From Nanobdellota archaeon (GTDB lineage: Archaea; Nanobdellota; Nanobdellia; Pacearchaeales; GW2011-AR1), in NCBI GenBank assembly GCA_038045405.1, contig JBBSYF010000001.1, positions 101,175 through 165,174 of the forward strand: a stretch of 64,000 nt of DNA. The letters run 5' to 3'. The stretch's first letter is position 1. The number at the start of each line of letters is the position of its first letter. Positions 1-8,131 of the stretch are shown one piece after another. The notes beneath the pieces are model-generated. The model worked only from the letters and a program-made list of their open reading frames with translations. It was not told the origin of the DNA and made no database searches. Both the position numbers and the translations under genes were made by a program.

Positions 1-1
1 T

Positions 2-253
2 AGTTTAATAGCAATTATTGAAGAGTCAGTTAAGAATAGACACGAAACCCTTGAATATGCAATGATTAGAGATGACTGCTCTTATTTTGGTTTAATGTTT
101 GACATGGAAATGATAGATATAGAGAAAGGAACTAGACTGGATCTGCGAAATCCATCCTCGAAATTGTTAAGTAGGTCAAGATATTGGTTCTTATCAGAAA
201 AAGCAATAAAACTTCATCGCGACTTCGCATACGAAGGTTACTTATCTCACTAA
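2..253 (+). CDS. hypothetical protein, 5'-partial (frame open from window start)
   Basis: Frame of the 62..253 ORF has no stop back to position 2 (SLIAIIEESVKNRHETLEYAM...). Confidence 0.55.
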   Translation, partial: SLIAIIEESVKNRHETLEYAMIRDDCSYFGLMFDMEMIDIEKGTRLDLRNPSSKLLSRSRYWFLSEKAIKLHRDFAYEGYLSH

Positions 254-284
254 AATGAAAAATCTTGAAGTGATTTGATAATCA

Positions 285-485
285 TTAACTTTGATGTTTA
301 GATTTAGAAAATAGAAAAACAATCAAACCTAGAACAAACAGAGCGAGACCAATACCTGCCATAGAATAAATATTAAAGTCTGGGTTCAAACTAAAATCCG
401 AAGAGAATACTTCTGTAGTTAAGATATTATAAACACTAAACCCCAAACCCAGAATCATCAATACGACCCCTAATCCCTTACTCAT
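285..485 (-). CDS. small two-TM membrane protein
   Basis: 66 aa with two hydrophobic segments; TATA-like TTTTAAAA upstream. Confidence 0.65.
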   Translation of the reverse strand: MSKGLGVVLMILGLGFSVYNILTTEVFSSDFSLNPDFNIYSMAGIGLALFVLGLIVFLFSKSKHQS

Positions 486-535
486 CCTGTACTAAAGTTA
501 AAAGATTTTAAAAATGTATCTTTATTTATAGCAAG

Positions 536-679
536 ATGAAAAACCCCCAAGTCTTTTATCTTTCTTTGTTAGCAATTGTTTTTATGATTCTTACCTTTAC
601 TGTTAACTGGCTTTTCATAATTCCCGCATTGGTAATTGTCTTTATCAACCAAAAAAGCCTGATGAAAAAACGAAGTTAA
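536..679 (+). CDS. 47-aa hydrophobic membrane microprotein (below the ORF-track cutoff)
   Basis: MKNPQVFYLSLLAIVFMILTFTVNWLFIIPALVIVFINQKSLMKKRS; TTTTAAAA about 30 nt upstream, the leaderless spacing seen for other genes here. Confidence 0.6.
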   Translation: MKNPQVFYLSLLAIVFMILTFTVNWLFIIPALVIVFINQKSLMKKRS

Positions 680-2313
680 TGAAATAATTTTTTCTTCTTG
701 AGAACACAAAAACTCTCTTTTGCAACATAGGCTCCAAGAAAAAACATCAACATTGAAATCCCTGCGAGAAGAAAGTTCCCTTCACTTAGATATCCAGATG
801 GACTGAAAGTTAAATAGACTAAAGCAAAAAGTGTTGTTACCAAAACAAGGACTGCTGGTATCACTATAAACTTAACATTTGTTCTTCTTGAAATGAAAAA
901 TGCTGCAACTCCCATCATAGTTATTGAAGCTATAAGCTGATTTGAAGTTCCAAAGAGCCTCCATAAAGTTTCATAACTGTTTGTTACAGCAATAAGCCAT
1001 GCCGGAATAAGAATCATAAGAGTTACCAAAATCTTTTTCTTTTTTAATTTAGTTATCAAACTTTCTGAAATAATAAATCTTCCAATTCTCGCGGAAGAAT
1101 CAACAGTTGTCAAGATAAACTGATTAACCATTAAACCCCCGATTAAACTTGCTACAGAGAATGTTATGAATGGAATTCCAACCCTGCTCACAATATTTCC
1201 ATAACCTGAAGAGAAAAGAACAATCCAGCCTTTTCCAAGTTCTGTTTGGAATGTTTGCGCTCCCACGCCCCAATTCAAACCAGCAATTGCTACAATTGTA
1301 ACAAAAATTGCTAATGTTGCTTCTAACAACATCCCACCATATCCAACCGCCCTACCATGGGACTCTTTTGCTAGTTGTTTACTAGTAGTTCCTGAAGCAA
1401 TAAGTCCATGGAAACCGGAAATTGCTCCACAAGCAACAGTAATGAAAAGAACAGGCCATAAAGGAAGTCCACTTCCTGAAATGTAAGCAGGAGCATTAAC
1501 TGATGGATGCACAATCAAAACACTAACAATTCCGAGAAGTAAAAGAAGAGAAAGATGTATAGAACTCAAAAAGTCTCTTGGCCTAAGCAAAATCCATACT
1601 GGAACAATTGAAGCTATTCCCGCGTAGATTATTATTATGGTGATTAACACATTTCTTAGCAGTACTGGGCTTAGGAAAGACAGGTTAATAGGGTACATTA
1701 TTCCAGCCCAAACAGAAGCAAAAATGATTATCAAAGAAGCAACAGTCAAAATCTTATAATCCCACTTAACCTTTTCAATACAATAACCAAAGATTATTGC
1801 AACAATATTGATAGTAATCAATGGAATAATCAATTCAGTTTTATTTGCAATACTTTCTGCTGTTGAAACACTAAACACCGTTACTATCAAAACAAGAGTA
1901 ATCACAATCATTACAGCGAACAAAGTTCCTGCTCTTGAATTTAATGTTTTTTTAGCTATGTTAGAAACGCCCTCTGCTTTATTTCTCACAGAAGCAATTA
2001 AGCTTGTGTAATCATGCATAGCTCCAATTAAAACAGAACCTAAAGAAATCCAAAGAACCACGGGAAGCCACCCAAAATAACTCACTGCAAGAATTGGTCC
2101 GATGATTGGTCCTGCTCCTGCAATTGCTTCAAAATGATGTCCTATTAAAAGAGGTTTCTTGGCTGGAGAAAAATCAGAGTCGTTCTTTTTCATAGAAGCC
2201 GGAGTTTTATTTTTATCACTAACCCTCATTCGCGCCTCAATGAATTTTCCGTAAAATCTATACCCTAAATAAAACCATGCAGTTACTAAAATCAAAATCC
2301 AAACGGCATTCAT
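676..2313 (-). CDS. cstA: carbon starvation protein CstA family transporter
   Basis: GHHFEAIAGAGPIIGP, GAMHDY, LFITVACGAISGFH, YGGMLLE and LFGTSNQL motifs; multi-TM. Confidence 0.93.
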   Translation of the reverse strand: MNAVWILILVTAWFYLGYRFYGKFIEARMRVSDKNKTPASMKKNDSDFSPAKKPLLIGHHFEAIAGAGPIIGPILAVSYFGWLPVVLWISLGSVLIGAMHDYTSLIASVRNKAEGVSNIAKKTLNSRAGTLFAVMIVITLVLIVTVFSVSTAESIANKTELIIPLITINIVAIIFGYCIEKVKWDYKILTVASLIIIFASVWAGIMYPINLSFLSPVLLRNVLITIIIIYAGIASIVPVWILLRPRDFLSSIHLSLLLLLGIVSVLIVHPSVNAPAYISGSGLPLWPVLFITVACGAISGFHGLIASGTTSKQLAKESHGRAVGYGGMLLEATLAIFVTIVAIAGLNWGVGAQTFQTELGKGWIVLFSSGYGNIVSRVGIPFITFSVASLIGGLMVNQFILTTVDSSARIGRFIISESLITKLKKKKILVTLMILIPAWLIAVTNSYETLWRLFGTSNQLIASITMMGVAAFFISRRTNVKFIVIPAVLVLVTTLFALVYLTFSPSGYLSEGNFLLAGISMLMFFLGAYVAKESFCVLKKKKLFH

Positions 2314-2363
2314 GCGTGTATAAGTCCCTTATGTTTTATAAACTTAAACATCTTTTATCTTAA

Positions 2364-2783
2364 ATGGAAGATTTGGAAAAATTAAAAAAAGAGAATGAAC
2401 AACTAAAAAAAGAGATTGAAAGATTAAACTCAGCAAAGTTCAAACAAAAACAAGGCATGGTGAAAATGGCTGTTAAGGGTAATCTGATGTCTCGTGCACC
2501 TTTTGGATATAACATCCAAGATGGCAAGCTGATTCCTGCCCAAAACAGAGTAGAAATTGAAGAAATTTTTGAAGAATTTCTTAGAGATAATATCAGTTTA
2601 ACACAACTCTCAAAAAAACATAACCTTTCTGTTAATGGTCTTAAAAAAATATTAAAAAATTTTACATACATAGGAAAGATAAAATTCAACAATCAAGTCT
2701 ATGAAGGAACTCACGAACCTATTATAAGCACTACACTTTTCAATCACGTTCAAAACAAGATTGAGAACTTGGGAATTAGATGA
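2364..2783 (+). CDS. stand-alone recombinase (DNA-binding) domain of the large serine recombinase family, without catalytic domain
   Basis: G..SRAPFGY, IFEEF, ILKNFTYIG and GTHEPIIS...FNHVQ signatures; no YxRvS resolvase motif. Confidence 0.8.
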   Translation: MEDLEKLKKENEQLKKEIERLNSAKFKQKQGMVKMAVKGNLMSRAPFGYNIQDGKLIPAQNRVEIEEIFEEFLRDNISLTQLSKKHNLSVNGLKKILKNFTYIGKIKFNNQVYEGTHEPIISTTLFNHVQNKIENLGIR

Positions 2784-2845
2784 GCCAATAATTACATTCT
2801 ACATCAGATTTCTTTTTATACCCCTTCTTGTTAATTATTTTGTCT

Positions 2846-3400
2846 ATGGAAAAAAGAGAGTGTCTTTACGTAGGAGCAGATGATTCTAATCATGCGGGCG
2901 ATACAAAAGGAGAAATAATTGTTGCAACTTTTTCTTTTGATAGGAACGACTCCCTCGTTCGCAATTTTCCCAACACACGTGATTTGAAAGCAGTTGCAGA
3001 GTGGTTAAAACTTCCTGAAAGAGATTATCTATTTTCACTTCTTACTTCAGACTCATACAGACACTCTGGCCAAAATCTTATTGAGGTTATTCCTTATTTA
3101 GTTGACTTTTATCTTGATAAAAATTCCGTTCAAGTTGGAAACTTGAACGTTTATCTTGATGGCAGACTAGACGGTGGCGCACGGGATCACATCAAAAAAC
3201 ATTTTATGGAAAAACATGGAATAGAAAATGTAGTGGTTGACAACTTTATCAAAAAAACAAAAAATACCAAGGGAAGAATTGAAAAACACCCCCACTGTCC
3301 AACTTTAGTCTATAACGCAGATGTGATTGCAAATTCTCTTTACAGACAGAATACTGCCGAACAACTTTTTACACACGGAAAGTTTATCCCACTGAAATAA
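2846..3400 (+). CDS. RNase H-fold protein (divergent RNase HII-like)
   Basis: LYVGADDSNHAG, VYLDG and ADVIAN acidic motifs; ATG 2846 preferred over TTG 2828 from promoter spacing. Confidence 0.55.
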   Translation: MEKRECLYVGADDSNHAGDTKGEIIVATFSFDRNDSLVRNFPNTRDLKAVAEWLKLPERDYLFSLLTSDSYRHSGQNLIEVIPYLVDFYLDKNSVQVGNLNVYLDGRLDGGARDHIKKHFMEKHGIENVVVDNFIKKTKNTKGRIEKHPHCPTLVYNADVIANSLYRQNTAEQLFTHGKFIPLK

Positions 3401-3802
3401 CTATCTGAAAGAACTCTGTCGCTTACTTCTTGCCTTTGAATCTCCAGGTTTATAAGCTTCTTTTCTTCGAACATCTGCAACAAGAAGATTTCTGTCATAT
3501 TCGGTAAAAGCCTCTTCTAATTCTTTACTCTTGGTGAAAGCTACAATTGCCCTTGCAAGTGCAAGTCTCGATGCCTCCACTTGCCCCTTTTCTCCCCCGC
3601 CCTTAACGTTTATTGCAACATCAAAGTTTGGCTTACCAGTTACATTAACTGCAATTCTAAGTGGCTCCTCAATTTTAAGTCGGTCCAAAATTTGAAGTGT
3701 TTCATATGGTTTTTTGTTTATTGTAACTCTTCCAGAACCTTCAGTAGCTACTGCTCTTGCTACTGCTCTTTTCCTTTTTCCAGAGGTTATAATTTTTATC
3801 AT
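3401..3802 (-). CDS. rps9: 30S ribosomal protein uS9
   Basis: SGKRKRAVARA, GGGEKGQ, YDRNLLVADVRRKE, ARSKRQSSFR. Confidence 0.97.
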   Translation of the reverse strand: MIKIITSGKRKRAVARAVATEGSGRVTINKKPYETLQILDRLKIEEPLRIAVNVTGKPNFDVAINVKGGGEKGQVEASRLALARAIVAFTKSKELEEAFTEYDRNLLVADVRRKEAYKPGDSKARSKRQSSFR

Positions 3803-4191
3803 TTTTTAATTTCTCCAACAGTAATGAATTTGCTTGTTACTTCTTTTCCACCAGAGATTTTTTTAACGCCCTGGAATTCTTTAGGAACTCCTACATAACA
3901 TCTTATTTTTCCAAACGCGATTTTACCTCTTCCCTTTCTGTGATCCGGGAGCATTCCTCTAATTGCTCTTTTCACAATTTTATCAGAACTTCTTGAAATT
4001 TTTGGGCCCATTTGTCCACTTCCAATTCTTGTTCTCTTCTCATCAAAGTCTGCCTTTATGCTTGCTCTACTTCCTGTGATTATAACTTGCTCACAATTCA
4101 AGATTACAATATCTTCACCAATAAGGGCTTGTTTAGCAGCATAGCTAGCAAGTCTTCCCATTACTGCATCTTTCCCATCAATTACTTTCAT
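3799..4191 (-). CDS. rpl13: 50S ribosomal protein uL13
   Basis: IDGKDAVMGRLAS, KRAIRGMLP, CYVGVP. Confidence 0.96.
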   Translation of the reverse strand: MKVIDGKDAVMGRLASYAAKQALIGEDIVILNCEQVIITGSRASIKADFDEKRTRIGSGQMGPKISRSSDKIVKRAIRGMLPDHRKGRGKIAFGKIRCYVGVPKEFQGVKKISGGKEVTSKFITVGEIKK

Positions 4192-4562
4192 TTTATCAAA
4201 ACCCTCACACCTTTAGCTTCAGGATTCTTTTTAATTTCATCCATTATGCTTGAAATTTGTATCTTTTCTTTTAAGAGTTTTTCTTTTGCCTTTTCCGAAA
4301 ATTTGTAAGCAACAACTCTTATTTTCTTTTTGATTTCTCCTTGAGACAGAACCTTTCCCGGAATAACAACCACGTCTCCCTCTTTCGCCAAGAAGTCTAT
4401 TTGACCAAGGTTAAGATCTATTGATTCTCTTCTAGGGCTGGAAAGAATACTTGCAACTTCAAGCCATTTTACTTTTTTCTTTGCAGCGATTGTAGTCTCA
4501 ACTAATTCATTATTTGTTTTTCTTCTAATCTGACTTTCTATTTTTGTTTTTGTTTTTGTCAT
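4188..4562 (-). CDS. rpl18e: 50S ribosomal protein eL18
   Basis: PRRESIDLNL, VVVIPGKVLSQG, KFSEKAKEKL; synteny with L13-S9. Confidence 0.95.
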   Translation of the reverse strand: MTKTKTKIESQIRRKTNNELVETTIAAKKKVKWLEVASILSSPRRESIDLNLGQIDFLAKEGDVVVIPGKVLSQGEIKKKIRVVAYKFSEKAKEKLLKEKIQISSIMDEIKKNPEAKGVRVLIK

Positions 4563-4589
4563 TTTATCTTTGTTATCTTTATCACTAAA

Positions 4590-4633
4590 ACAAGCGACAC
4601 GTTAGAATTAATCCCGCTAACGCGTTAACTTGC
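4590..4633 (-). promoter_or_regulatory. structured 5' leader (hairpin) of the L18e-L13-S9 operon
   Basis: GCAAGU/GCUUGU and ACGCGUUAG/CUAACGUGU stems begin right after the predicted TSS of the TTTATAAA box at 4659-4666. Confidence 0.5.
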
Positions 4634-4689
4634 AGGTAAAAATTTGAGTTTTACAGTGTTTATAAAGATTTTTGTTTCCCCTTTTCTTA

Positions 4690-5286
4690 TTACTTAAGAA
4701 GTCTTCGAAAACATTCTGCAGTCAATTTAGCATCAGTAAGAGCATTGTGAGCCTCTCCTTCTTTTATCACCTTCCCCTTTTCAACAACCCTCCGAGTATC
4801 TTTCAACCCGCAAAATTCCATAACACTAGGAAGATTCATATCACTTTTTCCTGTTTTTCCATCTTTCATTTTGAATTGCCCTTTTTTCTCCTTATACTTT
4901 AAACTAGCGAGAGTATGCAAATCTATTGTTCTAACACCTATCACTTCTGAGAATTTGTCTTTAATCCCCTATCGAATACATTTACTCTGTATAAAGATAA
5001 TATCAAAACCGACATTGTGTCCTGCAACTATTCTCTCATCGCATGTTTTACACCACTTCAAAAAATTTTCAATCATTTGTTTCTGACTCTGCTTTTTCTT
5101 GTCTCTTAAGTCCTCTTTTGTTTTTCCGATAACCATAAGAGCCTCTTCAGCAATTTCATCTTCATCGTCTATTCTACTCTCTTCAAGAAATACATTTTTT
5201 GGATTTTCAAACTCGACTGCTCCAATCTGCCAAATTCCACACCTTCCAGTGTCAAGCCCACTTGATTCAATATCTAAGACTATCAT
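4690..5286 (-). pseudogene. DEDDh 3'-5' exonuclease (DnaQ/RNase T-like) interrupted by an in-frame TAG at 4969-4971
   Basis: ExoI LDIESSG and ExoII GHNVGFD before the stop, ExoIII HNALTDA after it; both halves in one frame (...KCIR*GIKDKF...). Confidence 0.8.
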
Positions 5287-5309
5287 TTTGTCATTTACCT
5301 ACCAAAACA

Positions 5310-5393
5310 TGCGGGCGAAAGGATTCGAACCTTCGAAGGCACTAAGCCAACAGATCTTGAGTCTGTCCCATTTGACCACTCTGGCACGCCCGC
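5310..5393 (-). tRNA. tRNA-Leu(CAA)
   Basis: Cloverleaf GCGGGCG...CGCCCGC-A, anticodon arm ACAGA-CTCAAGA-TCTGT, long variable arm. Confidence 0.97.
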
Positions 5394-5478
5394 ATTAAAT
5401 TAACATCCGAGTATTATTTAATAAATCTTGTTATTGGTCTAAAATTTTCAGAATCTGAGCAAGAATAAGAAAAGTCTC

Positions 5479-6201
5479 TTAAGCTTTATCTATCCCTTTC
5501 TGAACAGAAGTAAGGTCTTTCTTTAAGACTTCAACTGATTTCTTAAACATATCTTCAGGGCTCATCTGCCCGAAACTTTCCAGAGTAATCACAAGTTCAC
5601 TTTTTGTTTCAATTTCTGTCTTCTTTTTCTTTTTTTCTGCCACACCCTCGCAAAAATCAAGAATCTCATTCTTTTTGTTATCAATTATTACTATCTTGTT
5701 CCCCTTCTCCTTTATCTCATTTTCTGGAAAAACCCTTTTTACTTCATCATGAAATTCTTTGTCTAGTGTTATTTCTGAAATATTTCTGTAAAACATTAAT
5801 CCTGGAGAAAACTTTGAATGTTCCGAACCTTTTCCAGCTTTAACAAAAGCAACAAGTTGAAGTTCCTGTCCTTCAGAAAGTGTTGTGATTGGAATGTTTT
5901 CATAAACAACTTCGGGGGTTCCCTTTAAATCTCTAGAATATGCAGATCCTTCTTTTTTCACTTCTAACTTCAATTTACCCTCAGATTTCTCATTAACTGA
6001 CTTCTCAGTTTTTAATGGAATAAGAGCAATTCTATGTGCAACTGCTTCGTCGTACAAAGCAGAATCATTTCTTGAAATTTCAACTTCATCGACGGCCATT
6101 ACCAAAACCTGATTAAGATATCTCCTTATAGAATTTGCAAGAGTTTCGCTTATGTCTGCAGTGAAAACAATTTGATTTTCCGTTTTTTCAACTTTTTTCA
6201 T
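5479..6201 (-). CDS. rpoD: RNA polymerase subunit Rpo3 (D)
   Basis: LANSIRR, NDSALYDEAVAHRIALIPL, GKGSEHSKFSPG, ESFGQM. Confidence 0.95.
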   Translation of the reverse strand: MKKVEKTENQIVFTADISETLANSIRRYLNQVLVMAVDEVEISRNDSALYDEAVAHRIALIPLKTEKSVNEKSEGKLKLEVKKEGSAYSRDLKGTPEVVYENIPITTLSEGQELQLVAFVKAGKGSEHSKFSPGLMFYRNISEITLDKEFHDEVKRVFPENEIKEKGNKIVIIDNKKNEILDFCEGVAEKKKKKTEIETKSELVITLESFGQMSPEDMFKKSVEVLKKDLTSVQKGIDKA

Positions 6202-6452
6202 ATTTTATTTGTAGCTCTCCTCACTATTATTTCATATTTGTTACCAACTTCATCTCTGAAGTTAGATACTAGGGTGTAACTCTTATATTTAGCAGTTACA
6301 TATTGAGAACCCCTTTCTAAACTTAAATATCTTGTTCCTCTTCTTTCTTTAATGGGACCCATTTCCATCATTATTTTATCCCCCTGTTCAACTATGGTGG
6401 CAATTGATGCTCTTACCCGGCGTTTTATTTGTTCTCTTGTTTCTTTGTCCAT
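6198..6452 (-). CDS. hypothetical protein inserted between uS11 and rpoD
   Basis: 84-aa ORF with its own TTTAAATA box; ATGA overlap with rpoD. Confidence 0.65.
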   Translation of the reverse strand: MDKETREQIKRRVRASIATIVEQGDKIMMEMGPIKERRGTRYLSLERGSQYVTAKYKSYTLVSNFRDEVGNKYEIIVRRATNKI

Positions 6453-6498
6453 ATTAATTTCTTTTATTTTTTGTATTTAAATCTATGTTTATTTTTGT

Positions 6499-7050
6499 TT
6501 AAGGTCTTCTTCCTCTTCTTCCACCCTTTATCTTAGGTCCGCCTCTTGGGAAGCGAGTTGTATCAAGGATATTCAATACCTTGAAACCTTCTCTAGAAAG
6601 ACTTTTGATTATTGCATTAGCACCCGGCCCTGGCGCAGGATTCCTTGTTTTTGCTCTTATTCTGAAATATAAAGAACCAATACCTATCTCATGTAAATTT
6701 TCCGCAATTCTTTTTGCTATGAACATTGCAATTGTGGGATTTGCCTTAAGTCTCCCGTGTTTAGTAACCATCCCTCCAGTTACTTTAGCTAAAGTCTTTC
6801 CAGACATGTCTGTAACGTGAACGATAGTATTATTAAAAGAAGTGTAAATGTTTACAACAGCTTCAGCTTTTTTCTTCTCTTTTTCCTTTTTCTCTTTTGA
6901 TTCTCCCTTTTCTGAATTTCCTTCATCCGAGGATTCTTCGTCTTCTTCAGAACTAGTTTCTCCCCCGATTTTAATTTTAGAGACATCTTCTTTTTCTTCC
7001 TCAACAACCTTCCCTTTTTTCTTCTCTTTTTCAATTTTTTCTTCTTTCAT
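6499..7050 (-). CDS. rps11: 30S ribosomal protein uS11 with charged N-terminal extension
   Basis: IYTSFNNTIVHVTDMSG, PGPGA, KGGRRGRR. Confidence 0.96.
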   Translation of the reverse strand: MKEEKIEKEKKKGKVVEEEKEDVSKIKIGGETSSEEDEESSDEGNSEKGESKEKKEKEKKKAEAVVNIYTSFNNTIVHVTDMSGKTLAKVTGGMVTKHGRLKANPTIAMFIAKRIAENLHEIGIGSLYFRIRAKTRNPAPGPGANAIIKSLSREGFKVLNILDTTRFPRGGPKIKGGRRGRRP

Positions 7051-7541
7051 TTTTCATCTTCCTGAACTTCGCTATCTTGTTCTTTAACTTTTTTAACTTT
7101 TACCTTAAGAGATATCTTATCTTCCATGTCTACGGGAACAATGTAAGAAGGGCTGTCAATAGCATTCTTTCCAACTAAAACTTTTCTGTGAACAATTAAC
7201 TGTCTTGCTCCTTTTGGTGTTCGTGCCAGTTTTTTCTTCACCAAAACAGTTTGTAACCTTCTTTGAAGATAATCTGTTTTATCTAATGAAAGAACATCAG
7301 GAATTGAATTAACATTTAAACCAATTTCTTTAAGTCTATCGAATAATGCTTTTTGTTCTTCAGGCTTAGCTGAAATCAATTTTTTTGCCTTTTCTCTTAT
7401 TGATTTTACTCTTGCATCCGCTCTCCAGATTTCTCTTTTGTTTTTAAGCCCAAATTCTTCCTTTATTTTTGCTTCCTCTTCAAATCTCGCTTTGTCGAAA
7501 GGTCTTTTTGGTCTTGAATATTGTTTATGTTTTCTTTTCAT
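7047..7541 (-). CDS. rps4: 30S ribosomal protein uS4
   Basis: PKRPFDKAR, FGLKNKREIW, LQRRLQT, ARQLIVH. Confidence 0.96.
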   Translation of the reverse strand: MKRKHKQYSRPKRPFDKARFEEEAKIKEEFGLKNKREIWRADARVKSIREKAKKLISAKPEEQKALFDRLKEIGLNVNSIPDVLSLDKTDYLQRRLQTVLVKKKLARTPKGARQLIVHRKVLVGKNAIDSPSYIVPVDMEDKISLKVKVKKVKEQDSEVQEDEK

Positions 7542-8128
7542 TTTTTATTTGTAGTAGTTTTAAAATTTTCAGCTTTATTCTCAACTTTATCTTCAGTCTT
7601 TCCACGCTTCTTTATTCCCATACTCTTCGTTTTATTTTTTCTGAAGTGGCTCTTTGTTCTTTGCCCTCTTACAGGAAGATTTGCAGCGTGCCTTATTCCT
7701 CTGTAGCTCTTTATTTTCTTTAATCTTTTAATATCGAATTCTGTTTGTAACTCCAATCCGGTTCCAGTCAAGTGAAGATTTTTTCCAGTTTCAAAGTCCC
7801 TGTTTCTATTAAAAAGAAATTCAGGTATTTTTGGATTTTTTATGAATTCTGTAACCATCTTTATTTCTTCTTCCGTCAAAGAACCAATCTTTCTATTTTT
7901 GTCTATTTTTAACACATGGCATGTGGCGTTAGCTAAACTCCATGAAACACCGTTGATTTTAGTCAGCGCAGGATAAACTTTCATAGCTCCTTCTATGTCT
8001 TCAGACATCAATCTTACCATTTTCTCTCCGTATTTCTTCTCTTCTCTCATCTTATTAGCCATGTACTCTGATATCTCTGGCTTTTGATGAGGCACCTTCG
8101 TTTCTGGTTGTGATGTTTGTTTTTCCAT
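7538..8128 (-). CDS. rps13: 30S ribosomal protein uS13
   Basis: ALTKINGV, FLFNRNRDFETG, SYRGIRHAANLPVRGQRTKS. Confidence 0.97.
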   Translation of the reverse strand: MEKQTSQPETKVPHQKPEISEYMANKMREEKKYGEKMVRLMSEDIEGAMKVYPALTKINGVSWSLANATCHVLKIDKNRKIGSLTEEEIKMVTEFIKNPKIPEFLFNRNRDFETGKNLHLTGTGLELQTEFDIKRLKKIKSYRGIRHAANLPVRGQRTKSHFRKNKTKSMGIKKRGKTEDKVENKAENFKTTTNKK

Positions 8129-8131
8129 TTT

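Noticed and set aside
251..287. Possible third copy of the 32-bp palindromic element
   Set aside because: Only the AAAATGA and AATCAT ends match; compatible with chance in AT-rich DNA.
2364..2783. Integrated provirus or transposon marked by a serine recombinase
   Set aside because: No catalytic domain, att-like repeats or viral genes nearby.
3401..5286. Genome-wide TAG reassignment suggested by the exonuclease amber codon
   Set aside because: TAG ends conserved genes at their expected C-termini (uS9, SUI1, SecY, DUF106).
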